Positions 45,501 to 54,551 of a stretch of 64,000 bases of DNA are shown here, piece after piece. Within the stretch, counting starts at the first letter, position 1; each line of letters starts with the position of its first letter. Position numbers and translations under genes: made by a program. The notes under the pieces are model-generated. The model did no database searches. It was given only the letters and a program-made list of their open reading frames with translations, and was not told where the DNA came from. This DNA is from a virus (Duplodnaviria > Caudoviricetes), in IMG/VR virus record IMGVR_UViG_3300031994_000006, positions 143,795 through 207,794 of that record; one strand, 5' to 3'.

Positions 45501-47725
45501 TCACTGAGTCTGAGGGATCCCGTGATGTACATCCCGTGAGGCAGCGACGTCAGTCCAGTGCACCGGTGCAGGTTCAGGTATCCGTAGACAGTCAGCCCGT
45601 CGGGGAGCTTTTTCAGTCCGGTGCATCCCGCGAGGTTCAGGTTGCCGTGGACGATCAGCCCGTCGGGCAGCCTTGTCAGCTCCGTGCAGTCCTTGAGATT
45701 CAGCCAGGTGCCGAACGGCCTGCCCTGTTTAATCTCAAGCTTCGCGCCGGTCACCTTCTCGAACTCCCTGACCTGCTCCTCCAGGCTGTCGACAGACTCG
45801 ACAGTATCCTGTACGGATTCCTTCTTGCGCGCAGTATTGCCGGCCCTGAAGGCCTCCTTGAGGTATCCGTGAGCTTTTTGCCACTTACGTGCACGATTAC
45901 CTGTCCTGAAGGTCTCCTTGTGGTATCCGTGAGCTTTTTGCCACTTGTGCCAGTCTTCTGCCTTTGTGTCGCCTTCATCGTCAACTGGTATCCCGAGTTT
46001 CCTGAAGAACGGTGTCAGTATACCTTTGTGTTCAATCCAATTACCACAAACAACCAAGTCAAACGGCAGGCTTGTCAGTCCGGTACAGCCTTTCAGAACC
46101 AGTGATTTTCCGACTTCCAGTCCTGCAGGCAGGCTTGTCAGTCCGGTACAGCCTGTTAGAGACAAATCTCTTCCGACTTTCAGGCCTGCAGGCAAGCCTG
46201 TCAGTCCGGTGCAGTCATCCAACTGCAGGCTTCCTCCGATTTCCAGGCCGGCAGGCAGGTCTGTCAGCCCGGTGCAACCATTCAGATACAGACTTTTTCC
46301 AACTTTCAGGCCTGTAGACAGTCTTGTCAGTCCGGTACAGTCCATCAGTGACAGATACCCGTTAATCTCCAAGTTGTCAGGTAGGTCTGTCAGTCCGGTG
46401 CAGCCGTCCAAATCCAGATCTTTATCAAAGTACGGATGTCCGTCCCTGATCTCAAGCTCTATGCCGGACTGTTTCTTGAAAAGGTCAATCTGTGCCTGCA
46501 TGTTATCGACCGACTCGACTGTATCCTGTACAGATTCCTTCTTGCGTACACGGTTGCCGGCCCTGAACGCCTCATTCGCTGTAAGCATATTATGGATCTT
46601 GTCGAAGTCGGGCTTGCCGACGGTCCTCCACCGGTTCCATGAGAATCCTATGATACGGTTCTCAAAATCCGGCCTGTAGTCGGAACCGGCGTTGACCGTC
46701 AGGGGCTGGAGGCCGCAATCCTCCCTGAAGAACCTGTCAAGATCCTGATCATGCGGGCCGTAAATTATGAACGATCCTGTTATATTGGTATCCTTGGGCA
46801 CCTTCTTTATGCCGGAATGCGTCAGTTTCAGATCACACGCCGTTATGTCCGGCGACAGCTCAGTCAGCTTCTTGCAGTCCTCCAGGTTGAGCATTCCCGT
46901 CACGGTCAGTCCGGCCGGCAGTTTTTCCTGCTCTATGCTTACGGAGAAATCGCCTTCGACGAACGTGTTGTCGGGTATGTCGGCATTTCCTGAGAAGTCC
47001 ATACAATTCCCTTTGTAATAGGGACGGCCGTCCTTTATCTCAAGCTTGATACCGGTCTGTTCCCTGAACCTGTCAATCTGATCCTGGAGCGGATTGTGCA
47101 TGTCCGCCGCGGCATCGCTGACAGACTCTTTTTTGCGTGCCCGATTACCGGCCCTGAAGGCCTCCTTAAGATATCCGTGTGCTTTTTGCCACATACGCCA
47201 GTCCGACGCCTTTGTGTCTCCCTCTTTGTCAACCGGTATCCCGAGTTTCTTGAAGAACGGTGTCAGCACACCTGTATGTTCAATCCAAACACCCTGAACG
47301 ACCAGGTCAAACGGCAGTCCTGTCAGTCCGGTGCAGCCTGTCAGATCCAGGTTTTTATTGACCTTCAGACCGGCCGGCAGGCTTGTTAGTCCTGTACAGT
47401 CTATCAGATTCAGGTATCCATTGACTTCCAGGTCTGCAGGCAGGCCTGTCAGACCGGTGCAGTTATTCAGACACAGGTCTCCGTTGACTTTCAGGTCTGC
47501 AGGCAGGTCTGTTAGCTCGGTATAGTTTTCCAGATGTAAATATCCGTTATAGTACGGACGTCCGTCTCTGATCTCGAGCTCTATACCGGTCTGCTTCTTG
47601 AACAGGTCAATCTGAGCCTGTATGTTATCGACTGACTCGACTGTATCAGCGGCGGACTCTTTCTTGCGTGCCCGGTTGCCAGCCCTGAAGGCCTCGTTCA
47701 TTGTATCGAAGTCCATCCTGTCCAT
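42539..47725 (-). CDS. 1728-aa modular polyprotein-like LRR protein with 8 full + 1 truncated motifs
   Basis: Motifs at 47654, 47123, 46532, 45884 (truncated), 45815, 45269, 44357, 43616, 42995; many 63-nt LRR units. Confidence 0.88.
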   Translation of the reverse strand: MDRMDFDTMNEAFRAGNRARKKESAADTVESVDNIQAQIDLFKKQTGIELEIRDGRPYYNGYLHLENYTELTDLPADLKVNGDLCLNNCTGLTGLPADLEVNGYLNLIDCTGLTSLPAGLKVNKNLDLTGCTGLTGLPFDLVVQGVWIEHTGVLTPFFKKLGIPVDKEGDTKASDWRMWQKAHGYLKEAFRAGNRARKKESVSDAAADMHNPLQDQIDRFREQTGIKLEIKDGRPYYKGNCMDFSGNADIPDNTFVEGDFSVSIEQEKLPAGLTVTGMLNLEDCKKLTELSPDITACDLKLTHSGIKKVPKDTNITGSFIIYGPHDQDLDRFFREDCGLQPLTVNAGSDYRPDFENRIIGFSWNRWRTVGKPDFDKIHNMLTANEAFRAGNRVRKKESVQDTVESVDNMQAQIDLFKKQSGIELEIRDGHPYFDKDLDLDGCTGLTDLPDNLEINGYLSLMDCTGLTRLSTGLKVGKSLYLNGCTGLTDLPAGLEIGGSLQLDDCTGLTGLPAGLKVGRDLSLTGCTGLTSLPAGLEVGKSLVLKGCTGLTSLPFDLVVCGNWIEHKGILTPFFRKLGIPVDDEGDTKAEDWHKWQKAHGYHKETFRTGNRARKWQKAHGYLKEAFRAGNTARKKESVQDTVESVDSLEEQVREFEKVTGAKLEIKQGRPFGTWLNLKDCTELTRLPDGLIVHGNLNLAGCTGLKKLPDGLTVYGYLNLHRCTGLTSLPHGMYITGSLRLSECDGITELPADLKIEIKDIQSNSIYNVPDSLKPFLNRLGIKIDKHGQVAAEDWMERRHLIGKTDEAFRAGNRARKKESAQDAVETVDTIQAQIDLFKKQTDMELEIRDGHPYFNGYLYLSDDTEGLTGLPDRLEVEEGLNLEGWTELTSLPAGLKVNGELNLSGCTGLTSLPGDLEVGGDLNLEYCTGLTSLPAGLKVGEGLNLEYCTGLTSLPDDLKVRERLNLEYCTGLTSLPDGLEVGGDLDLYDCTGLTSLPDGLKVGRNLDLTGCTGLTDLPAGLTVQGELSLARCTGLTSLPDGLKVGRDLWVADSLTSLPFDLVVNPDYLIIHHGALTPFFNKLGIPCYNNNRQTKASDWREWQKAHGYLKEAFKAGNRARKKESVSDTVSVGLTPEQQVKLFMADVMKYREWLIQQGNDVRYDTVNPGKDNEVPVGVYYEDGIDDVFRIEPDGTVVIRSIVDFTDYPYEIHFPEKVQCNALVNLINCDGLTHLPDNMYVEDHLNLERCKNLRRLPEDLYVGFDLYLNGCTGLESLPSNFTVNYGDLDLEDCPNIKEIPTGANLVRGRIVFSPDSELHRFFIRNDIGYTTEGTNNPANPRKWHICDFSKWNAWKNGMREAFRAGNRARKKESAADTVESVGDKHPVAIDGPAELIKRLAVFLDGLGYEKTIDIKEPYKQLNGSLKYYVSINEGNPHNGGNIIRISLGRHPMWDETWRRFHDTGLTLEIEATADRMYYRIKPDVTDLTEVQFLNCSSEWFDAWEKPDGTRYGKPRNREALTDNSIPAVWPNMFGNIAEAACDPNLEFVPDLVYTRCYKFKEAGAVREAFRAGNRARKQETARDTVQTAGEYRPVTRELFKDVIDSVIDPEEGPISGRIYRRYDRSITGQCIADCLDRILELCGYKDMLKAEVAFTDDTCDGVQITDDKNYSVSRLIVQYNRDYVCVLTGSMDTGMPGLLYAYRNLPGILEVHLEGIDSLNADLREYIEKFG

Positions 47726-47729
47726 ACCC

Positions 47730-48062
47730 TTAACGTCCGAGTTCGGCGCCGATGGCCGTGCATACGAGTCCGGAGGTCAGCAGCTTGCCGAGCGTGCCGT
47801 GCTCGCTGACGCCGAGCACCTTGCAGAGCGCGCGCCCTATGGCAGGGCCGAGCGCCGCGCCGGCGGCCGCGCCGAGCAGTCCGGTCAGAAGTCCCTCATC
47901 AAGCTCGTCATCGAGTGACGTGCCCTTGAGCTCCGCCATCTCGGCCGACTCGAGCAGGTACGAGTAGAGCTCCTTGGCCTTCTGTATCTGCCTGGGCGTC
48001 GATCCGGTCACATCCGCTCCCTCGAAGAGCGCCTTGGTGGTTATCTTGTATTTCTGATTCAT
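47730..48062 (-). CDS. small protein with Gly-zipper C-terminus, possible head/ejection protein
   Basis: ELDE-GLLTGLLGAAAGAALGPAIG; first gene of the polyprotein operon; GGATAAATA at 48088-48096. Confidence 0.6.
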   Translation of the reverse strand: MNQKYKITTKALFEGADVTGSTPRQIQKAKELYSYLLESAEMAELKGTSLDDELDEGLLTGLLGAAAGAALGPAIGRALCKVLGVSEHGTLGKLLTSGLVCTAIGAELGR

Positions 48063-48154
48063 ATAATACGGCTATATAGTTTCCGGGTATTTATCCATAT
48101 GACCGGACCCAGCCCGGCGCGTTAAATCATTAGAGAATTTTTGTATTTCAGGGA

Positions 48155-49822
48155 ATGAAGATACATCAGATAAGCTTCCGGAACATCGGAAGCTACGGAG
48201 ACAAAATCCAGACCATCGACTACGATCTGCCGGGCAGGCTTGTACTTATTCACGGCAAGTCAGGCTCCGGCAAGTCGACGCTCATAGGCATGCCGAGCCT
48301 GTTGCTCTACGGTAAGATCGAAGGATTGAAGCAGGCCGGTATCGTCAACCGTATTAATAGGAACGGATGGATACGCGGCACGCTGACGAACGGCGATCAC
48401 GAGTACGTCATCGAGCGTACATTCGCCCCCAACGGCGTCAGCGTCTGGCGCGACGGCGAGAATATCGATTCATTTGGCGTCAAGGACGCACAGGAGTTCA
48501 TACAGAACACCGTGGTCGGCATGCCCTATGCAATATTCAACAACATCGTCAGCCTCAGTATGACCAAGTTCAGGTCGTTCCTGAAGATGACGGCGACCGA
48601 CCGCCGTGAGATAGTCGACAGGATGTTCAGCCTTGAGGCCGTCAATGAGATCTCGAACGCGGTCCGCAAGGAAATGCGCGATACGGGCGCCTTGATCAAT
48701 ACCGACAACGGCCGCATATTCACGCTCAACGACAATATTGGCCGGGCGGAGGCCGAGCTTGCCCGTATCAGCGAGCAGACGAACATATCGCATGACGCGT
48801 CCGTATCAGAGAACAATGCCATCATAGAAGAGGCCAGCAGGAATATCGAGACGCTGAATGCCAAGTCGCAGCAGGTGTCACAGCTGTACTCACAGTATTC
48901 CGCGGGATATCAGCGGATACAGTCGGAACTCAGCGATCTGGGATACAGGCGCCGGACCGTCCAGTCGAGCCTTGACCTGTTCGCACAGGGGAGATGCCCG
49001 ACGTGCGGCACCTCGTTCGACGGCGACGCGTTCACGCCGGTCAAGGAAGGACTCGTGACACAGGCGCAGGCGCTTGACGCGTCGATAGGCCAGCTGAACG
49101 AGTCGTTCGCCCAGGCGCAGAACGACATTACGAAGATTACACAGGCTCAGACCGAGCTGTCCTCCAGGATCTATCGGGAACGCGGCCGCATCGACAAGGC
49201 GCAGGCCGAGAATCGTGCGTTCCTGACGGCCGCGTCGCATACGACGGACTTCCAGTCCGTGCGCCGCATGGTGGACGACTACAAGGGGCAGCTGTCCGAG
49301 GCCGAGGGCGTGAAGGCGCGGCACGACGAGACGATGTCCGACCTGAACATCCTCAATGCGATATACTCAGGCGACGGCGTCAAGGCCCGTGTCATATCGA
49401 ACTACCTCCCGAGGCTCAATGCCGAGATAGCCAGGATGCTGCCGCTGCTCGAGTTCCCCTATCAGCTGGAGTTCGATGCGGCGTTCGAGCCGGTGCTTAC
49501 GTCGAACGGTCAGATAATCGGCCAGGAGACGCTGTCGGACGGCGAGCACAAGCGCGTCGACCTGGCGGTCCTGTGCTGCATATACAAACTGCTCAAGCAG
49601 AAGTATCCTGATATTAACATACTGTCGCTTGACGAGGTGGTGTCGTCGATAGATCCTGAGACCATATCGAGTGTGCTGACATGCCTGTCTGATTTCGCCG
49701 AGGAGATGGGACTCGCGGTGTTCGTGGTGACGCATGTACTCGTCGACGCCCGGTACTTCAGCCGGTGCATCCAGGTTACGAAAAGCCTCGGTTTTAGTGA
49801 TTTTGAAACCCTGGATGTATGA
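48155..49822 (+). CDS. recombination ATPase, T4 gp46/SbcC/Rad50 family
   Basis: Walker A GKSGSGKS, coiled coil with CPTC hook, LSDGE signature, LSLDE Walker B, VVTH. Confidence 0.92.
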   Translation: MKIHQISFRNIGSYGDKIQTIDYDLPGRLVLIHGKSGSGKSTLIGMPSLLLYGKIEGLKQAGIVNRINRNGWIRGTLTNGDHEYVIERTFAPNGVSVWRDGENIDSFGVKDAQEFIQNTVVGMPYAIFNNIVSLSMTKFRSFLKMTATDRREIVDRMFSLEAVNEISNAVRKEMRDTGALINTDNGRIFTLNDNIGRAEAELARISEQTNISHDASVSENNAIIEEASRNIETLNAKSQQVSQLYSQYSAGYQRIQSELSDLGYRRRTVQSSLDLFAQGRCPTCGTSFDGDAFTPVKEGLVTQAQALDASIGQLNESFAQAQNDITKITQAQTELSSRIYRERGRIDKAQAENRAFLTAASHTTDFQSVRRMVDDYKGQLSEAEGVKARHDETMSDLNILNAIYSGDGVKARVISNYLPRLNAEIARMLPLLEFPYQLEFDAAFEPVLTSNGQIIGQETLSDGEHKRVDLAVLCCIYKLLKQKYPDINILSLDEVVSSIDPETISSVLTCLSDFAEEMGLAVFVVTHVLVDARYFSRCIQVTKSLGFSDFETLDV

Positions 49823-49896
49823 TTTTTCAGGTATTAACGCGTTTAATATATAGGAAAATATTTTATTTAAAATAATCTGAGAAGAATATTGTTTAT

Positions 49897-50235
49897 ATGC
49901 CGAAAGTAGTACCCCCTAATGTGCCTATGCCTGGAACAACGAAGAAAACAGCAGCTCCTATACCGTCAAGGATTATGAAGGATCAGTGCAAGTCCGATAT
50001 AGACTGGATGCTGTCGGATTATGATCCGGACGAAATGGGTGATCTGGGAATGGATGAGATCTCAAATCTTATTGTCCGTCCGTATATCAGGCAGGCATGG
50101 ATGCTCGGCTATCAGGCCGGCCTTGCCGACGGCAGGAACGGCGACGGCGCACCCATGAGGCTGCACGGCGAGACAGGTCCTCTGAGGATCATAAATCATA
50201 GACTGACCGAGACTGTGGTCAAGACAAGGAAATGA
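49897..50235 (+). CDS. hypothetical protein
   Basis: 112 aa ORF. Confidence 0.6.
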   Translation: MPKVVPPNVPMPGTTKKTAAPIPSRIMKDQCKSDIDWMLSDYDPDEMGDLGMDEISNLIVRPYIRQAWMLGYQAGLADGRNGDGAPMRLHGETGPLRIINHRLTETVVKTRK

Positions 50236-50456
50236 ACATACCTGACAGTAAGTACATAGCAGACAGGTCTTCTGAGCTCTGGAATCAGATTTCAAGGGAA
50301 GTCGGATACGGAACCGCTACGGAATCAACGGTATTCTCATTAAAGACCGTCAGACTGCTTGTCCGCGATTTCTATATGAAGGGGTTCGTGGACGGCATGA
50401 ATCATTCATGCGGTACATACAAAAGTCATATAGTCAACCATCATAAGAAACCTTAA
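50232..50456 (+). CDS. hypothetical protein
   Basis: 74 aa ORF, ATGA overlap. Confidence 0.55.
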   Translation: MNIPDSKYIADRSSELWNQISREVGYGTATESTVFSLKTVRLLVRDFYMKGFVDGMNHSCGTYKSHIVNHHKKP

Positions 50457-50469
50457 CATATCATTAATC

Positions 50470-50913
50470 ATGGCACGTAAAGTAAAGGAATATAAGAATG
50501 ATGTCTCCGAACTGAAGGTCGGCGACATATACTATGCAGTTGAGACGCTCCAGGGCCGCAGGTCCTTCGGAATGTTCAATATCAATCCGGTCATAGGACG
50601 CAAGGTCGTGATATCGGAAATCAAGCCGGATTCTGATAATTCCGGTCTGCTTGAGATTTCGTTCAAAGACGGGAACGATTCCCTCTGCTATACCGGTCAT
50701 TTCACGCCTGATACGCCTAACTGGCACCTGGAGATGCCGCATATCGACCTGTACTCGAGTCCTGAGCAGGCGATGTATGTGATGCGCCCGAGGGCCGCCG
50801 CTCCCGTGGAGGAGGCGTACAAGAAACTGACCGAGATGCAGATTGATATCGCCAGGGATCTGGCCCGTGCATCGGTCGAGTTCGGACTGGTCGAACCTGT
50901 CAAAAAGAAGTAG
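50470..50913 (+). CDS. hypothetical protein
   Basis: 147 aa ORF. Confidence 0.65.
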   Translation: MARKVKEYKNDVSELKVGDIYYAVETLQGRRSFGMFNINPVIGRKVVISEIKPDSDNSGLLEISFKDGNDSLCYTGHFTPDTPNWHLEMPHIDLYSSPEQAMYVMRPRAAAPVEEAYKKLTEMQIDIARDLARASVEFGLVEPVKKK

Positions 50914-50919
50914 AGTCCT

Positions 50920-51621
50920 ATGAAAATCGACAATAAGACCATAGAGAGGCTGACGCCCAGGAAGGTGCAGCTCTCAAAGAGTCTCAGGCGGAGCGGCAGG
51001 ACATACCTGTTCCTGATGTTCGAGCTCTGGGACCGGCTCTACCGTGAGTCATATCCGCCGATACTGTTCAGGGATCTCTATGATGAGGCGCCCTGGGTCA
51101 AGCATAATCATCTGCCCCGCGGCCTGTGGGATTCGCTCAGCAAACCCGAGCTTGAGGAGTTCAAGAAACTGTTCAAGTGGAAGACCGAGCTGCCGGCCGA
51201 CTGTTTCCTGTCGGTCGATGAGGCGCAGGTATTCGGATTCGCCAAGCAGGTTAACTGGGATGGCCACAACATCAGGGATTCGAGATTCCGTGAGATAGTC
51301 GACGACTTCTTCAGGGAGAAGCGCATCCGCGGATGGGAGCGCTCCGGCATGGAGTTCGAGGCATACCTGGGATGCGGACCGTCGTCGCATGAGGACAAGA
51401 TACTGCAGAAGCTTGCGGACGAGGGCGTACTGTGGCCGAACATGTCGCCCAAGCAGGTGATGGACGAGGACGGCAACCTGGTCGACCGCGGGATGTGGGT
51501 GACCAAGGAGGACATCGCCAGGGCCCGTAAGGAAGAACAGAAGAAGGCGCCGAAGGTCCCGGGCCGTAAGCGCGGACGTCCCCGTAAGACTGAACAGCAG
51601 AAGACCGATGGAGAAGTTTGA
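50920..51621 (+). CDS. hypothetical protein with C-terminal AT-hook-like motif
   Basis: 233 aa; RKRGRPRK near the C-terminus. Confidence 0.65.
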   Translation: MKIDNKTIERLTPRKVQLSKSLRRSGRTYLFLMFELWDRLYRESYPPILFRDLYDEAPWVKHNHLPRGLWDSLSKPELEEFKKLFKWKTELPADCFLSVDEAQVFGFAKQVNWDGHNIRDSRFREIVDDFFREKRIRGWERSGMEFEAYLGCGPSSHEDKILQKLADEGVLWPNMSPKQVMDEDGNLVDRGMWVTKEDIARARKEEQKKAPKVPGRKRGRPRKTEQQKTDGEV

Positions 51622-52522
51622 CAGGGTTCTTTTCATACCGGACGTGCACGGCCGCAGGTTCTGGAAGAAGGCCTGTGAGGATTTCCTCGCAGACAAAAGG
51701 CCCGGCCATATCGTGTTCCTCGGCGACTACCTCGATCCGTATGAGTTCGAGGGTATATCATGGCGCCAGTGTATCGAGAATTTCAGGGAGATCACAGACT
51801 TCGCGAAGAAGCATCGGGACACGGTCACGCTTCTGCTCGGTAACCATGACATGCATTATTGGACCAAGGAGCCTTCGGATCACTGCAGATACAGCTATGT
51901 ATATTGTGACGCGATCCGGGAAAAGTTCCATGAGGATGAGTCCCTGTTCAGTATCGCATGGGAATGCGAATGCGGCGGCAGGCGGATACTCGCGACGCAT
52001 GCAGGCGTGACATCCGGATGGCTGCTCGCATGCGATCAGCTGCGTGAGCGGATGACCGACGAGAAGACCGGGAGCATGCCGGAGTTCCTGTCACCAGAGG
52101 CTGACGCAGAGACGCTGAACGGTATACTGCAATCCGCGTCTGAGCATGACAATGACGACATACTTTCGCCGTTCCTGATGATTTCAAGGGATCGGGGCGG
52201 ACGCTGGTGGTCGGGCTCATGCATCTGGGCCGACGCGACGGAGCATCTCCAGTCATTCGGCAAGCTGCGCACCGGGGCATACCAGGTCTTCGGACATTCT
52301 CTTTCATTTCCGCTCTATGAAAACTTCGACATGATTGAGGTGAATGAGAGATTCGCCATGCTCGACGGCCGCGCCGCGGTGCTTATGACGCCGGGCGAGG
52401 ACTATCCGAGTTTCATACGGATACCTTCTGATGAGCCGCTTGTGGACCGCGTGAGAAGCAATCCCCAGGACTTTACGGACATTGTGAAGGCCAGACCTAT
52501 AAAAAATCGACAGAAAGACTGA
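51608..52522 (+). CDS. calcineurin-like metallophosphoesterase
   Basis: DVHG, GDYLD, GNHD, THAG and FGHS motifs. Confidence 0.9.
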   Translation: MEKFDRVLFIPDVHGRRFWKKACEDFLADKRPGHIVFLGDYLDPYEFEGISWRQCIENFREITDFAKKHRDTVTLLLGNHDMHYWTKEPSDHCRYSYVYCDAIREKFHEDESLFSIAWECECGGRRILATHAGVTSGWLLACDQLRERMTDEKTGSMPEFLSPEADAETLNGILQSASEHDNDDILSPFLMISRDRGGRWWSGSCIWADATEHLQSFGKLRTGAYQVFGHSLSFPLYENFDMIEVNERFAMLDGRAAVLMTPGEDYPSFIRIPSDEPLVDRVRSNPQDFTDIVKARPIKNRQKD

Positions 52523-52724
52523 AATTTTTTAGAAAAACTTACATTGTTTCAGGTCTGGCCAGAATATATAAGGCAGAGATTCACAGTCAGTAAGACTGTT
52601 TTCATAACTCTCAACTCTTTTCTTAGCTATTTTCCGGCCCCGGTCCTGATGTGATATCACGACCTGGGTTTTTTTAATGCCGATATATAAGGCGACAACA
52701 GAAACGTAACCAAACAACAATATA

Positions 52725-53033
52725 ATGATCAAGATAACCGTTTACAAGTTCTCAGCGCCCTGGTGCTCTCAGTGTAAGGTGCTGAAGCCGATATTCGACA
52801 GGATCGCCGAAAAGCATCCGGAGCTCGATTACCAAGAGATTAACGTCGATGACGAGTCCAGTGAGCCGCTTGTCGATCAGTTCGGCATCAAGACGCTTCC
52901 GACTGTCGTAATTACTGACAATTCCGGAACCGACAGGAAGATTACCGGCATGCAGCAGGAGGCGGCGCTTGAGGAATTCATCCTTGCATCGGCCGACTAC
53001 ATACGTGAGTACGGCAACGAAATTGAAGGATAA
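52725..53033 (+). CDS. thioredoxin
   Basis: FSAPWCSQCK and IKTLPT motifs. Confidence 0.9.
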   Translation: MIKITVYKFSAPWCSQCKVLKPIFDRIAEKHPELDYQEINVDDESSEPLVDQFGIKTLPTVVITDNSGTDRKITGMQQEAALEEFILASADYIREYGNEIEG

Positions 53034-53042
53034 ATCCGTCCT

Positions 53043-53489
53043 ATGCCGTACATCTATGACATGGATGCCCGGTGCTCCAAGGTCTATACCATGAAGGTAT
53101 CCCCGTACGGATGGATCAATAACCCGATTGAAATCGAATACGGCATAACGGTCACGTCCCCGACGGATCCCGGCAAGACCATGTGCATGAGGGTGAAGGG
53201 CGTGCCGCATGTCTGGGCGGATTTTGAGCAGGTCGTAAACAGGAACTCAAAAGGGAACTATGAAAGGTACTTTACGGGAATACTCGAGGAATTCCGCCTG
53301 GAGTTCCTTATGTGGGTTCATACGGAGGATTACTGGGAGCTTCCGTGGTTCAAGGAATACTACAGTATGTTCAAGGACAGATTCTACGACTTCTCCGATG
53401 ACGAGCTGCGTCAGTTCGAACAGGCCAGAAGAGACGGTAATCCGTTCAAGGATAACAGAGGTCAGGGCGCGCCCGGTGGCGATTCCTGA
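53043..53489 (+). CDS. hypothetical protein
   Basis: 148 aa ORF. Confidence 0.65.
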   Translation: MPYIYDMDARCSKVYTMKVSPYGWINNPIEIEYGITVTSPTDPGKTMCMRVKGVPHVWADFEQVVNRNSKGNYERYFTGILEEFRLEFLMWVHTEDYWELPWFKEYYSMFKDRFYDFSDDELRQFEQARRDGNPFKDNRGQGAPGGDS

Positions 53490-53526
53490 CTGAAGTTATA
53501 TAAGCAAAGCATAACCGAAAACAACT

Positions 53527-54522
53527 ATGAGGAATAACAAGACGATACTGCTCCAGTACCTCAGGGGCGAGAAGATAGGCCAGATTGTCGAGGCCGTCGG
53601 CGTGGACCGTGAGGAGGACATGACATTTATCGAACTGTCTGACAATTCGAGGATGAACGCCGATCTGATAGGTTCGCCCAATGACGTGGCGGCGTACCAG
53701 CGCGGGCTCGTCATGGTGCAGATACCGGACCGTAACAATCCCTGGACGCTGAAAGAAGACACCGTCACGGCCGAGGATCGTATGCTGACGGACGACAAGT
53801 CAGGCCAGCAGTTCCAGACGCTCGATCCCTATGCGTTCGGCAAGGAGGGCGGAGAGTCCAAGCTCAGGAATCAGAAAATCATGCTGCCTCCGAAACGCCT
53901 GCAGGCGTTCTGGATGCGTCATAACGGCCAGGCCGCGGCCGGTGTCATAAACGGCGTAGAATACAGCAACCTGGTCAAGGAGATGTCAACGCTCAGTCCG
54001 GATCAGTGGTCCGGATCCACGGCGCAGTTCTATGACCTGGAGAAATTCCAGACCGCCAAGGATCTGTATATCATGGTGGATCCGTCGACCAACATGCCGA
54101 CGTTCGACATCAGGCAGCTTGAGGGTGACAAAGGCGGATTCGACTTCGACAGCAAGCCCGCGGCGCCCGTACAGCCGGTCATCGAGGCGAAGCCTGAGGA
54201 TCTCGATCTCTGTGTACAGCAGCCTGCCCGTCCGGCACAACCGGCTCCGGTGCCTGTACAGGTGCCTGTTCCTGCGGCACCGGTCAAGGATATGTCGGGA
54301 AGTCCGGTCTACAATATCGTGTCCAAGTGCAAGAAGCGGCATGTCGACATGCCGCTGACTATTAGCCTTGACATTCCGGGCAAGACCATATACAATCTTA
54401 TCAAGGAGGAGTATGAGGATGGATGCCTGAAGGACTTCTTCGACATCATCATCAATGATCTGTCGATAGATGATATCCGCAAGGCCCTGCGTGAAGCGCT
54501 CGAGCAGTCGTATGAGGCCTGA
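53527..54522 (+). CDS. hypothetical protein
   Basis: 331 aa ORF with Pro-rich linker. Confidence 0.7.
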   Translation: MRNNKTILLQYLRGEKIGQIVEAVGVDREEDMTFIELSDNSRMNADLIGSPNDVAAYQRGLVMVQIPDRNNPWTLKEDTVTAEDRMLTDDKSGQQFQTLDPYAFGKEGGESKLRNQKIMLPPKRLQAFWMRHNGQAAAGVINGVEYSNLVKEMSTLSPDQWSGSTAQFYDLEKFQTAKDLYIMVDPSTNMPTFDIRQLEGDKGGFDFDSKPAAPVQPVIEAKPEDLDLCVQQPARPAQPAPVPVQVPVPAAPVKDMSGSPVYNIVSKCKKRHVDMPLTISLDIPGKTIYNLIKEEYEDGCLKDFFDIIINDLSIDDIRKALREALEQSYEA

Positions 54523-54551
54523 AAAACAGTCGATATGATATATAAAAGGAC

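Larger units (their letters stand above)
36845..47695 (-). repeat. dispersed 42-nt coding repeat encoding EAF[RKH]AGN[RQT]ARK[KQ]E[ST], 16 copies in 4 genes
   Basis: Read directly from the DNA and the translations. Confidence 0.95.

Noticed and set aside
36845-47695. CRISPR, DGR or shufflon reading of the 42-nt repeat
   Set aside because: Copies are in frame with synonymous variation and all in one orientation; no reverse transcriptase, adenine-specific variation or recombinase is visible in the window.
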